A stretch of DNA of 64,000 bases, taken from contig OX597815.1 in assembly GCA_951406725.2 (NCBI GenBank), positions 193,006,001 to 193,070,000 of the forward strand. Reading direction: 5' to 3'. Each line of letters begins with the position of its first letter. Position 1 is the first letter of the stretch. Made by a program: the position numbers and the translations under genes. The stretch is from Octopus vulgaris (taxonomy: Eukaryota). This document shows positions 24,032-38,189 of the stretch, one piece after another. The notes beneath the pieces were generated by a model. That model searched no databases and was not told the origin of the DNA. It worked only from the letters and a program-made list of their open reading frames with translations.

Positions 24032-27000
24032 CTAGAAGATAAAATGAAAGTTTATATTTAAAGCATGCAAATATAACTCAATAACACCAAAGATATTGCT
24101 TTCAAATTTTGACACAAGGACAGCAACTTCAGAGGAGCGGTTAAGTCGATTACATCGACCCCAGTACTCAACTGGTTCTTATTTGATCGATCTCGAAAGG
24201 ATGATAGGTAAAGCGGATATGGGCGGTAAACATTTTGCTCGGCTAACGGTTCCGCCAGCTCGCCGCCTTGAAAACAACAAATACATTGTCATATATTTAC
24301 AACTCATATAAGTTTAATGGTGTAAAGAGATTTGTCAAGATGATTCTTTGGAAATGACCTGCCAGTGTCCATGCCAAATTGAGATCAAGAACGCAATTTT
24401 ACCTTACTCTAAATCTCATTACAATACAAATCAACAACCGTGCTCTATTCCAGTGTTACTTGTAAGTAGGTTGTAAAGATTGAGAAAGAGGCTAACAAAC
24501 TACCATCTCTCTATATATAAAACTGAGAATGTGTTTGTGTGTGTATGTGTGTGTGTGTGTGTGTGTCTGTCTGTCTGTCTGTGTGTTTCCCTAAAACTTT
24601 AGAACTACACAACCAATTTCATTCAAATTTTACACATGTCTTACTTAGGGTCCGGGGAGTGTCATCGGGAAAAAATTTTAACTTTTTCCCTAGGGCGACC
24701 CCACAGCAATATCATATCTTCTCCACTATTTCAGTATTACGTGTTAAAAGAGAAACAAAAACATCTCTCTATTGTAATACAGACACTTTTAATTGAATAC
24801 TGAAACTATTAAAGCGAAAGTATTATATAAGAGGGATGAACCATTAACAGTGGTCATCCTTTTTGCTAGAAGAAGGTCCGCTATGGTCTTATATGCTACA
24901 CCACTGGTTTTCAATCCATATTAATCAAATTAATATTCAATATTTTCCCATTTTTATGTGTGTGTGTGTATTAGCATTCGTATAAAATTGCATCAATGAC
25001 TTGAACTTGAATAAGTGGTTTCACATAAATGGGGATAAATTAAAAAGGCTTGTTATTATTATTATTACTGTTTGACTATTGTAATCACGTTTGTTGGTTC
25101 CCCGTCAGGAAAACGTTGTTGTGTTGCATTTGTTAAATAATTGTAAACCGTAACCCTCCCCGCTTCGGAGAAAGGGCTTTGGTTATTGTTTAAAAATTGA
25201 ATTGTGTCCTTGTTTGGGGAAATTGACAATATTTTCACCGTCTTTACGGAAGCATTTTTGTTAAAATGCCTTCGATAGAAGAAAGTCCCAAAATTAATTT
25301 CGCTGCAGCCGTACTCTCTATACAAGAGGGAGGACAAGATCCAATTGATCGAAATTGCAAGAGACGGGCCTACAATTCCAGTCTGTTATATAGTGTTGTG
25401 AATGGTCAGGGACACCTCTATGACCTACTTTGCTGGCTTGGAGACAGAAAGTCTGGAATGCAAAGTTATAGTCCTTTGTTTTGGGAAGAGTAATGGCTTT
25501 TGGAAGGACCCCTACACTTTTGCCGATCAAGGAAAGTTCGTTCTAAACACCCCTTAAAAGGAAGGGCTGAGAAATACAGATTAAGAGATCTGGGAGCTAT
25601 CATGAGAGAGTGACAGTGACAGCGTAGAGGAGGACAGACAGAGGTTATTGCAGAGCTAGGAGAGAGAGAGTGACAGTGACAGCGTCGATGAGGACAGGGA
25701 CATAGGACTAAGCGGCGATAGAGAGAGTATTAGAGCTAAGAGAGATTGGGGGTGGTGACAGGGCAAGAGGTTTTGGCAGTCGGTATTTGGAATTCAGGGC
25801 AAGCGGTTGGCAAGTTGGATTTAGCGGCCAGGATTTGGTATTCAAGGCAAGCAGGTTAGCAAGTTGGATTTAGCAGTGCTGAGAGAGATGAGGTACAGTG
25901 TGAGACACTGGCTATTATAGTAGGAACTAAGGTACGTGAATTGTGTATTGATATGTGAAGAAAAAGAAGTAAAAAAGACTCGATGTAAAGAGACTGTAAA
26001 AGAAATGAGACAGTGAAAAGAACAATGTGAACTGTGTAAAGACATTGTGTACAGAGTTGTGTTAAGGCAAAAGAGAGCTGTGTAATGAACATTGAACTGT
26101 TAGGCCTTTAATATCCTTTGAACTGTAACTTTAATGTGATTTGAAACAAAACTGTTGTCTCCGGACGTGTACTCTTGAAATGCTGTTGTTATTGCATTTG
26201 ATGTGTTGTTACCTGCATGTTTAAATGCTTTGATCTGTGGTATACCTGTATGATGTATTGAGTTGTTGTTTAATTTGACGTGTCCTCTTTAAATGTATCT
26301 GATATGTATTTGATGTTGTAACAATTAATATTCATATAAACTAGTACGTTAAATGTGAGCCAATTGCCTTGCCTTCTTTGTGTCTCTCTCGATTGTCTCT
26401 GTATCTTCTTGCGGCTGCTGTTGTAGTTGTTGTCGTCATCTCTCTCCTCTCCGAGTTTCCGTGGTGAACTTTCCCGTTCGGGCGAGCAACGGCAGGTGGT
26501 CTGTAACAATTGGTGTCAGAAGTGGATTGTCCTGATTGCTGCGCTGATCGACCGGGTGACGGCAGGTGGTCCGTAACAATATTTTGAGTATTGTTATCAC
26601 TAGCGATATCAACATATAACTTTGTATTTTGTATTTTATGTGTAAATGTATACATATAGATGTACATGTAATATGTACACATATATATATATACATATAT
26701 ACATGCATAATATGGAGGTTTCGCAGCAACCATCGGACAGCACGATATTGATAATAGATGGATTGTTCCATACTGCCCACTCCTGTCAAAGACTTTCAAT
26801 GCCCACATCAACGTTGAGTTATGCAACTCCGTTAAATCCATCAAGTACGTTTGCAAATATGTAAACAAGGGTTCTGACGCTGCAATGTTTGGACTTCAAC
26901 AAGAATACTGCCAGGATGAGGTGACGCATTATCAGGTGGGACAGTACATAAGTAGCAACGAGGCTTTCTGGCGCATCTTTGGCTTTACCATTCACCAACG

Positions 27001-29427
27001 ACACCCCGCCATTCAACAGCTTGCAGTGCTCCTGGGAAATGGTCAAAGAGTGTACATCACCGATGCTAATGCTTCTCTGTTGGAAGAGGAACCAAGGGAT
27101 AGCACACTCACTGCATTCTTCAAGCTTTGTCAAGTGGATTCATTCGCTCAAACCTTGCTGTATCCACAGATTCCATCGTACTACACTACACTTAGAATGG
27201 AAAAAATGGGCCCCACGGAAAGCAGATCAAAATGTTCATGGATACCCTTTCATTAAGTTTCACATTTGTCTTGGGGCGAGTATACACAGTGCATCTCACT
27301 CAACAAGAGTGCTTCTACCTTCGTCTACTACTGCATGAGATCAGAGGGCCAACGTCTTTCCAGGCCCTAAAACGGTTCATGGACATGTCTGCACAACATA
27401 CAGAGAAGCCTGCTATCGACAAAGTCTGTTAGAAGATGGTGCACAATGGGATGCAACTTTAGGACAGGCTGCTTTATCACAATCACATAAAAGTCTCAGG
27501 GCACTATTTGCAGTATTACTACAGGCACGCGAACTGTGTGATCCGGCCACTGTATTGCTCAAATATAGAGACAACCTGGCTGAAGACTTTCAGCACCAAG
27601 CTCAACTTATCTATCCTGAAATGGAGGGTATCAGCAATGAAATCTATAACAAAACACTCATTGACATTGAAGACAGAATTGCTAAACTGGGTGGAAATGA
27701 ATTGTCGAAGTATGGCCTGCCACAAGCATTCAGGTCAGGGTCAAATAGCCTTCCCACTGCTGTCATTCGTGAAACAACCTACGACACTCAAGCGCTTTCA
27801 AAGTACATTGTTGAAAATGAGCCTAAATTACTTCCGGACCAGCTGCAGGCTTACAGAACTATTCTTAACAGTGTACGCCAACGCGAGGGACGAATCTTTT
27901 TCCTCGATGCTCCTGGAGGGACAGGAAAAACATTTATTACAAAGCTTCTCCTTGCAGAAGTTAGGCAGAATCAGAACATTGCAGTAGCTGTAGCCTCCTC
28001 TGGCATTGCAGCTACTTTGTTACCCGGTGGCAGGACAGCACACTCAACTTTTAAACTCCCTCTCAATTTAGCAGCATCCGAAATGCCTTCATGCAACATC
28101 AACAAAATCTCAGATCAGGGACTAGTACATTTTAAGTACTTAAAATGTGTCATCTAATTGTCTGGGATGAGTGCACTATGGCTCACAAGGGAGCTTTGGA
28201 AGCATTAGATAGAGCCCTGAAAGACATCCGAGACTGTCAGGCTCCAATGCGAGGTGTAACGCTTCTGTTGTCAGGTGATTTCAGGCAAACTTTTCCTGTC
28301 ATTCCGAAAGGCACTAGAGCACATGAAGTCCAAGCATGGAATTAGGAGGAGGAGATAAAATTGGGATGGGTGAAGTCGTAAAAATTCTCCAACAACGTTT
28401 ACAGTGATTGACTACAGCCTCCAGCAGCTTCACATAAGCGTCTAAATTGAGCCCAAGACCCTATTGAAAGATGTGGTGTGGTATGACATCACTCCCAATG
28501 GAGCCAACACAAAGACCATCACAGCTGAGCGTAAATTAGTTTTCATGATACGTGGGACATTACATATATTGTAGGCAGGCCAGCAGTTGTCTGGGTGTTA
28601 TGCAACTGGTCTTAGTAGAAGCCCTTTTCATCTGAGACGAATCAAATTATCTTCTCTCAATAAAATGACTCAGCTCATTCAGGAACATTTTTACCTCCGT
28701 GAAGCAGTTCTTCTTGGCCTTGACTGTCAGAAGCTGTCTCTTGTACGAGGGGTAGTGCATATGTTCACACAGAGTCAGCTAGATGGTGACGACTTCAATA
28801 CCCATACGTCTCTCCAAAGCACGGATTCTTGCTTGGATTTACCATTCTTGCTTGGATTTAACATCAAATTGTCCTGAAGTTGTTGGATGAATTTTAGTGT
28901 GAGGAGGTAATCACAACGCTTGCCTTTTCCTTTCCTGATGGCCACGGCTTCAAAGTTTCGCGACAGCAGTCCATGTCTTATCTTAAAGCCTTTACAATGC
29001 TCACAGAGCACTGAACAATTGTCATGATATGATATCGGCACTTTGATACCCAGCGCGAATCGTCAGGATACAGGTGTATTCAGTTAGCCTCTCGTCCTCC
29101 ATGCTAGCTACTATTTTCTTTTGTTTTTATGCTCTCCAACATCGAGCTATTCTTGAATAATGGAAACAGAAAAATTTCCAAATTTTCCCGGAATTCGTAA
29201 ATCAGGGAAAATGAATAGTATATTTATCAGCAGAGTGTTATCGAAGTGTACAGTATTACCAAGCACTCCGTTGAAACTGTAGTGCGAAGCTGATCAGTAA
29301 AATCTGCCGTAAAGGATATATAATACTGTATGTTAAAATTAATACATACATACGTACATACATAATACATACATACATAAATACTTACATGCATATATAT
29401 ATATATATGAATATACTCCCTAATATT

Positions 29428-29475
<48 letters not shown>

Positions 29476-29694
29476 ATTGTAATAATAATGAAGTCAAATC
29501 AAATAGTGATATTTTGAAATCATATAATTCATATGGTTCAGATTTTCGTAATATATAATAGGAAATGCTTTCATTATCTAATAGATTATATATTATATAT
29601 ATAGATAGATATGTGTGTGTATATGTATATGTATGTACGTATATATATATATAAATATATATATATATGTACACACATACATACACACATACAT

Positions 29695-29768
<74 letters not shown>

Positions 29769-29856
29769 ATACACAAGTAGCTTCGGCATGTAAAGCCTCA
29801 TTCGGGAAAATTTAGTATACACACATACATACACACATACATAGAAATACAGTCAG

Positions 29857-29941
<85 letters not shown>

Positions 29942-32900
29942 TATATATTTATACATTCATAATACCTATATACATACATATATATACATTCCGAAAGATC
30001 ACCCCAAGGACGAAGAAATATGAACCCAGAGTAGGGCAGAAGCCATAGTCCACTCATAATAAAAAGGAGTACTGTGGGAATGTCCAAGTAAAGACCCCAA
30101 TAAAATGTAAGCACAACATACCTGATATAAGGATTTGGTATAGAGAAGAGAAAATGTGCACAGTTGTGGAAAATAGCTGTCCAACGAATGTTAACATAAA
30201 GCTGAAGATCAGTGTAAAAGAGAACACCTATGCTGAACTATTGAGAAATCTGCAGTTACTCTATCCAGATTAGAAGTTCGAATTTGTACCTGTAATTATC
30301 GGAGCCATGGGATATGTAACACACTGCCTTAAAAAAATCTTGAGAAATTAGGCTTCTGAAAACCAGAAAGGAGTAAGCTAATTCGACGAACTGTAAAAGG
30401 GTGTAAAACTTTCCAGAAGTTTATCATTTAAATATATTTTTAAAGTTGTCTAGACATCTAACTATATATATGAGAATACTTGCATTAAACAAAACATACA
30501 AATCTGCACATACACATTCGAACATGCATGCATACATACATACATACATACATACATACATACATACATACAAGCAAAAATACCTTGTTGTTAATGTTGA
30601 AATTCCAAGGAAGGAGTCTTAAATCTAGGTTAGAAACCGACTTTTTCTCTATTGGCAAGAAATCTTGAAATAAAACTGAACAATGACATACACACATACA
30701 TACACACGAAATATACTAAGAGAAAGAAAGAGAAACAACAGAAAAAACCTCGTGGCTCCCATAATCCATCGATCGATCCATCCATTCATCCCAAATTCAT
30801 GAGAGACATGTCTCCTTCGGGATAATTTATTACAGTCAGTGTGTGACCACAAAATACGTACAGTACACCCACATTTCCAAATGTTGGCATGATACTTTAA
30901 AACTAAATATACCCAATCGTTTGTCTTATACAATATAATATTAATAAATTAGAAAATTTATGAATCACACGAATTTACTAGTCATTTACATTATCCTTTG
31001 AACGAAAATTTGAATATTTATGGGTCAAATATACGGATATGAATAGAATTTCTTGCAAGGAATGTTCATATTTTACTTACTAAGATGCTGTACATAATAG
31101 CAGCGATGCCTGTTGGACAAAAGCAGCATATGGTGACACAAAGTGCCCAACCTATCCTATTCGGGATTTCATCTTCCGGAGTTATCTGAAAATAGGATAA
31201 ACAAAAGAAATAACATTATCATCAAAAGTTGGTGACGATGATGACAACGAAGACATTATCGAAAATGATAATGCAAAGATCCTATGGGATTTTATGATTC
31301 AGTGCGACCATGAGATAGAGAATGGGAAGCCAGGCATATTCTAAATTTTGAAAGAAAGCAAACTATGCTGGATCATAGATATAGCATGCCCAGCTGACAA
31401 AAAGGTATGCGATAAGGAAGAAAGAAAAGTCGATAGATATGACAGGTTAGCTTGTGAGGTTAAAAAGTTGTGGTCGATGAAAATGTGGTAGTGGTACCAA
31501 TAATTGTCGTAGCCCTGGGAAAATTGAGTAAAAATGTCGAGAAGTACATGGAACAAATAGGGGCTGCAATAAAGGTGGAGCACTTACGGAAAACAGCACT
31601 GCATGGAACCGCTCGAATACTCCGGAAGGTGCTCGAAAAATAAAGTGTTGCCTTAGCTCACTGGTAGTGAACAGCTGACACCGCACAACATCTCCAGCAT
31701 TAGAAGCTGTGCAAAGGCTATAATAATAATAATAATTATCATTATTATAATCCTTTGTTTCTTAGCCACAAGGGCCAATAAAAATAGGATTGGACATTGC
31801 AAAGCATGAAGGACAAAGTGGGGTTATATAAAGTGTCGTGTATTAAGAGTCTCCCCAAGAACGTCGTCGTATCCTTTCACTGCTAACCCTCTATACAACG
31901 CCATAGTAGAACTTCCACTAACCGCATTATCCGACTGGCTGAGGAGGGTGAGCACCTGGCGACAGTCAAGATACCCAACACCCTGTCTCGATCAACGCTT
32001 GATCCAAGATTGCAGCTTACTCAAAGAGACGAGCTGTGGGAAAGTGAGTCTGACAATCGGTGACCACACCTGCTCACCGCCGTCGAGGAAACGCTGGATG
32101 TGTATCAATAGCCACGGCATACCTAGCTCACCGTTCATAGGGTGTTGTCTCCGTTTGTCAGACTCGCTTTCCCACAGCTCGTCTCTTTGAGAAAACTGCA
32201 ATCTTGGATCAAGCGTTGATCGAGACAGGGCGTTGGGTATCTTGCCTGTCGCCAGGTGCTCACCTTCCTCAGCCAGTCGGGTAATGCGGTTAGTGGAATG
32301 CCTGACCAGCAGAGACCATCCCTTCCATGAGAAGCAGAAAAGCAAACGCTTCAGCTTGACCAGGTACGAACTGGGGCAAGGCACGATGGTGAGGTTGTAG
32401 TGAATGAGTGAGGCGACATGTGTTCGCTACCTCTGCCCGACTTTTCAAGGATAGCTTCTCAGTCCATTTCTAGGTGGACCTGTTTGGGTCGGTGCATGTT
32501 TGTGCGTTTTCAGCCTGTTTTTCGACGACTTGCACCAATCTCTTCACTAACACCTTGGCCAAAAGTTTCATGTCTGCTTTAAGCAAAGTGATGGGCCACT
32601 TGATTGGATCCTTTCTCAACAGCAACACTGCTCGTCGGCTCACAGGTTTCGGAATTCTCTCATTCTGTTGCTAGTTGTCAAGAAGCCTGCAAACAAGTCT
32701 GACATGCTAGAATAAAGTTCGTAGGATTGACCATCTAATCCCGGCGATTTGTTCCCATTGCAGCCCATTATTTCGTCCCGTATTTCCCCAATTGTTATCA
32801 TCCTTTCGCAACATTTCGGCGCATTTTTGGGTGAGACTGGCTACCCTACTCGTCACCTCGCTCCAGTTGCTAAAATGATTTTTATGTTAGATGCACAACA

Positions 32901-35900
32901 ACAGGAGACTCCTAGGTTGTGCACCTAACATAGAAAAATCATTTTAGCAAGTACCCACAATACAAGTGAGGAGGCAGGCTGCACTTCCAGGGTATATAAC
33001 TGTCCAGTAGGAGGCCGATTCGAGGCTGAAGGGGTCATTAATGAGGCTATGGTGATACCTAGACCTGATATCCGCAAAAACAGTAATGTACAATCAAACA
33101 ACAATATTATTAGCAGATTAACCAGTTCTCATGCCAATACTGTTGCCACGCGCAGAGATAACAACCAGTCCAGGACTAGTATCACAGAGAGCATCACTGA
33201 GGACTCCGGTACCACTGCCACGAACAATGAACAAACCATAGATACAGATAGAGTGACCAGGCCCTCAATATATGTAACCACCAGTACAAACAACGCACCT
33301 AGAAATAATGACCTATCCAGCACCAGTGACTTGGAGGAGGTATCTACCGTTCCCAGTTTCGTTACCTCAGGAGATTGACCAAGTATTTATCTTCAACACC
33401 GATAGGATGACCAGCCCCGCACCGTATGTTACCAAAGGTACGAATAGGGCCACATATTATGTGTGGAAATATATTGGCTCTGCGAGTACTTCATTCAAGC
33501 GGCGTTTTCTTAACCACCAGCTACCGTTGTGAGTCCCAGAGAGATGCTTTGTCACGTCCCTGACCCACCATGTATGACATCCCTTAGATTAAGAGACCCC
33601 GTGTAATATCAGGTGGAAACTAATTGATCATCTGGGTCTTTATAATAATGGAAGTGGTCGTTGCAAGATCTGCATCGCGGAGAGAGCCAAAATTCTTAAG
33701 GGCTGTAAGAAACCTGGAACATTAAACAGCCTCACCAGATCGGGCACGGTAACGCAGCGGAGCTGCGGGCGAAGGCGGGCAACAAAAGGCGGACGTCCAG
33801 AGGCGGGCGTGCAGAGGCGGACGTCCAGATGCGGGCGAAGGCGAGCTTCAAAAGGCGGGCATCTGCTCTGCTCTGCTCTGCTCTGCTCTGCTCTGCTCTG
33901 CTCTGCTCTGCTCTACCCTGCTCTGTCCTGGATACATTTAGAAGTATTTTCTAAATGTATCCACTTCAAGTGTTACTTACTGGAAAATTGGATCCCTCTG
34001 TTTGCTAGTCAGGCGTCTTAGGGTCTATAAGGGTTTTCCACCTCTAATTCAGAGGTAAAAACCCGTCCTCATTAATGTCTTTCTTTTCTTTTTGCTAAGA
34101 CGTATCCCTCGATTTCTGAGCGCTTCCTCACGTCTGCAATATTTAAAATTTTGTATTTATATAGAGTTTGAAGAGCAGTCCATAAGGCTTTTGCTTTGTG
34201 GTCGCGAAGCCTTGGGTAACTCTATGTCTAAGATATAAAATGTTCGGTAAAATATATACATAAATATATACATATATATACGCATGCGTGTGCATATATC
34301 CTATATGTTAGGTGCGTTGAGTGCTCCTGTTACTATTTTAGTTCTGAGCAATCTCTCAGCCATTCAATGAATACAAGTTTATAAAATAAATCCCAGCCTA
34401 AATCATATATTTAACTCCAAAAACTGATATGTTTGACCAAAGTCTCCCAATGGTGGTTTCCTAGCATAGTCACACTTCAATGATTAAAACCAGTAAAACA
34501 TCAGGATATTTGGGTGTAGATCAGTAAAAATTAAAGTGAAGAGAACAAAATATACTTACAACAATAATTTCACGCCTTGGCTGCTGCTCCACAGGAGGCC
34601 GTGGTGGAGGGTGTTCAGATTCCACAACAAATACACATACTTCTCTTTGTACAGAAACTGTAAAAAAAGAAATACTCCATAAAGAATATTTCAAAATGTA
34701 CGTTCCTTATATCTATAAGTAGTGCACTTTCTGAAATGTTCAAATTCAATCATTCATCAACTGTTATATACTATTTGGTAACTCTATTTTTTCGCGTGAA
34801 AATTTGATTCTTCTGCAAAAAAATATCACCACTAGTTAAAATTAAATAAATAAAATAAATAAAATAAAAGACCTAATGTGGATTAACCATGTGTATGCGT
34901 GTGTGTGTGTATACGTGTGCGTCTGTGTGACTGCGTGTGTGCGTGCATGCGTGCTCGCATGGAATTTATATATATTAAACGCATAATTATTAGTTTGAGT
35001 CAAGAGTTTTTGTTTTCAAACTCTTATTATTAGCAATGTAGGTGCATCGGCACATTTAGTCACATTTAATGACGAATAAATACTTCCTTTATGGTATTAT
35101 GTTGTGCCTAGCAGTTTATATTAACTTTTATTACATGCCTTAGCATTTCACTAAATCATCCCTAAATTTCTATAGTAAATGTATACATATGCTGACAGAC
35201 GGATTTAGACGACCATCGGCTGTCTGAGCAGTTACTACTGATGATGCCTACAAAATAAGCGAAACTAGATTCTAGTCAGGTGATTCTAGAAACGGTCATA
35301 GGGCGGTTACCTCCCTGTTAGTATATGTATATTTTGCGCTCTTCTTACAGCACTAAGATATTACTTTGCATATATATATATATAAAACTGTAGTTGTGTG
35401 AGTGTCTGTCCCCTTCGATTTAGATTCCTAACTCCTCCCACATTTTGCGGTGCAGTTTAACCAAATTCGGGTATCTTATAGTCGTGATTCATATCGAGCC
35501 CGTCTGACTATTAGCGCACGTCAACGATGAGTCTACGATTTTAAAAATAATTTAACATCATTTTTTATTCCATTTTAATGCATAAAATGCATCGTATGTC
35601 GATGGCGGCGGAGTTGGCGTCCACGCTCAAAGCTGCACCTGTTTGCTTCTCCCCCTTCCCTCCCTCGTGAAGCTGTGGGGAAGGGAGTGTAAAGAAATCA
35701 ACGTCGTAATGCGTTGTGAAGGAAACCAGCGTTCTTTTAGAACAACGACTTCATGGCTTGAAGACACCAAAACAAAAATGGCTAAGAAAGCCCGAATTTA
35801 TAAGGGAAGTAACTCTCTAAAAATGCTTATATAGTTATTTCCCTTACAAACCCGAGCAACGCCGGGCAATACTGCTAGTATATAATATAATATAATATAA

Positions 35901-37504
35901 TATAATATAATATAATATAATATAATATATATATATATATAATATGACTAGATAACTTTCTTCCTTTATTTGTTTCAGTCATTTACTCTGCCGGAGCACC
36001 GCCTGAAATGGCTTTGCTCGAACAAATCGATCCCAGGATTTCCTTTCCTTTTAAGCCTAGTACTCAGTCTATCGGTCTGTTTAACTGAATTGCTAAGTTA
36101 CGGGTATGTAAACACACCAACACCGGTAGGCAAGTGACGGTAGAGGGACAGGTATTGTCCAGATGAAACAAGAACTCTGTAGTTAGTTGTCCTGGCCGTT
36201 TGGTCTTGATAGATTTTCGTTATTACCTCAGCAAGTTGGCATTGTACTCCCAATTTAAGATGTGATCACAACAGCTATTAGAACCTTTTGACCAAATCAT
36301 TGCCATCAACCACCCATACTAATTTTAGAGAGAAAGCAATTCTAAGCCACCTTTTTCAAAAACAGAACCACCTTTTGATCACGTGACTGCCATCAACCAA
36401 CCACATTGCGTCTTTAGAAAGAAGGCAATTCTGAACCACCATCTCTGTATAAAATAGTTGTAACTGTTAAATCCCATTCAGATACGATATCCTACAACCA
36501 TATCGGAGAACTATAAATGGTCTATTAGTTATTTACTCACATTTTTTTTCAATTTAAGGTACTGTGAACAATTGTGGTTTCTGATCACAGTGAGACTAAA
36601 TCTTTAGCACCCGCTCACTGACAAACTGGACACTTTTAACTTCCTGTCAAAAACTCTATTACTTGATTTGGATGTATTTATGTAAACTGATTTTTATCTT
36701 CTTTTATTACCTGATCTGAAAAGTGTAATGTAAACTGCTTCGTGACTCACACAGAGGAAACACGAAGCCCAAGACTTGACTTTTCAAAACCTTTTTAAGT
36801 AAGTGACATTAATAAATATTTTTTAAATAATCCAGCATTTTGAGATTCTTTTCTTTATATATATATATATATAATTAGATTAAAAACACCTTTTATCAAT
36901 TCAAAATGAACTGTGTGGTAAGTAGCTTGCTTACCAACCACACGGTTCCGGGTTCAGTCCCACTGCGTGGCACCTTAGGCAAGTGTCTTCTACTATAGCC
37001 TCGGGCCGACCAAAGCCTTGTGAGTGGATTTGGTAGGCGGAAACTGAAAGAATCCCGTCGTATATATGTATATATATGTACGTATGTGTGTGTATATGTT
37101 TGTGTGTTTGTGTTTCTCCCCCCAACATCGCTTGACAACCGATGCTGGTGTGTTTACGTCCCCGTCACTTAGCAGTTCGGCAAAAGAGACCGATAGAATA
37201 AGTACTAGGCTTACAAAGAATAAGTCGTGGGGGCGATTTGCTCGACTAAAAGCGGTGCTCCAGCATTACCGCAGTCAAATGACTGAAACAAATAAAAAGA
37301 GTAAAAAGAGAGAAAAAAAGTAAAAGAAATTAAATTACACCATCTAGAAAATTACATATAATAGAAATATCAAAATTAAAATAACAATATATATATATAT
37401 ATACCAATAAAATTAAAATAACAATAATATTTCTATTATATATAATTTTCTAGATGGTGTAATTTAATTGTTCATTTTGAATTGATAAAAGGTGTTATTT
37501 TTTC

Positions 37505-37561
<57 letters not shown>

Positions 37562-38116
37562 ACAATAATTGTTTCTTGTCAGGAACTTGTCAGGAAAAAA
37601 AGGTTTAATAGGACTGCAATAGAAGTGCTCTATTGGAAGAGACAAAAATATCAAACTAAAATCATTGAACAAGCAAATACAAAGTCAACCGCATGTCATT
37701 TCATAATTCGAACATTTAATTATAGAATAAACATATAACCCACAAGATGGAACAAAATTCATATATACAGCACGTAATAATAATAATATGGTATGGTGCG
37801 AGAAAAATTCTTATCATTAAAACTTAGAATTAATATTCTAGCGATTCAAAGAGAATACATTTATAAAAGGACTTAGAAAGAATATAATATAAGTAATATA
37901 TAAATATATAGGTATATAAAAATATAGAATATAATATAAGTAATATATAAAAATATATAGGTATATAAAAATATAGGCATATAAAAATATATAAAACATA
38001 TATAAATATATATACATATAGGAGATATATATATATATTTATATTCTTCTTCTTCTACCCTATACGCCTCGAACCAAGTACAAACAAGGAGACAGAAAAA
38101 GTGCCACTGTATATAT

Positions 38117-38189
<73 letters not shown>

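Larger units (their letters stand above)
30390..35370 (+). repeat. Segmental duplicate unit B
   Basis: Collinear with 2180-8240, including shared Tx1 and Penelope remnants. Confidence 0.92.

Noticed and set aside
36155-36810. Possible solo LTR
   Set aside because: TG...CA ends are plausible but there is no convincing TSD, PBS or second copy in the window.
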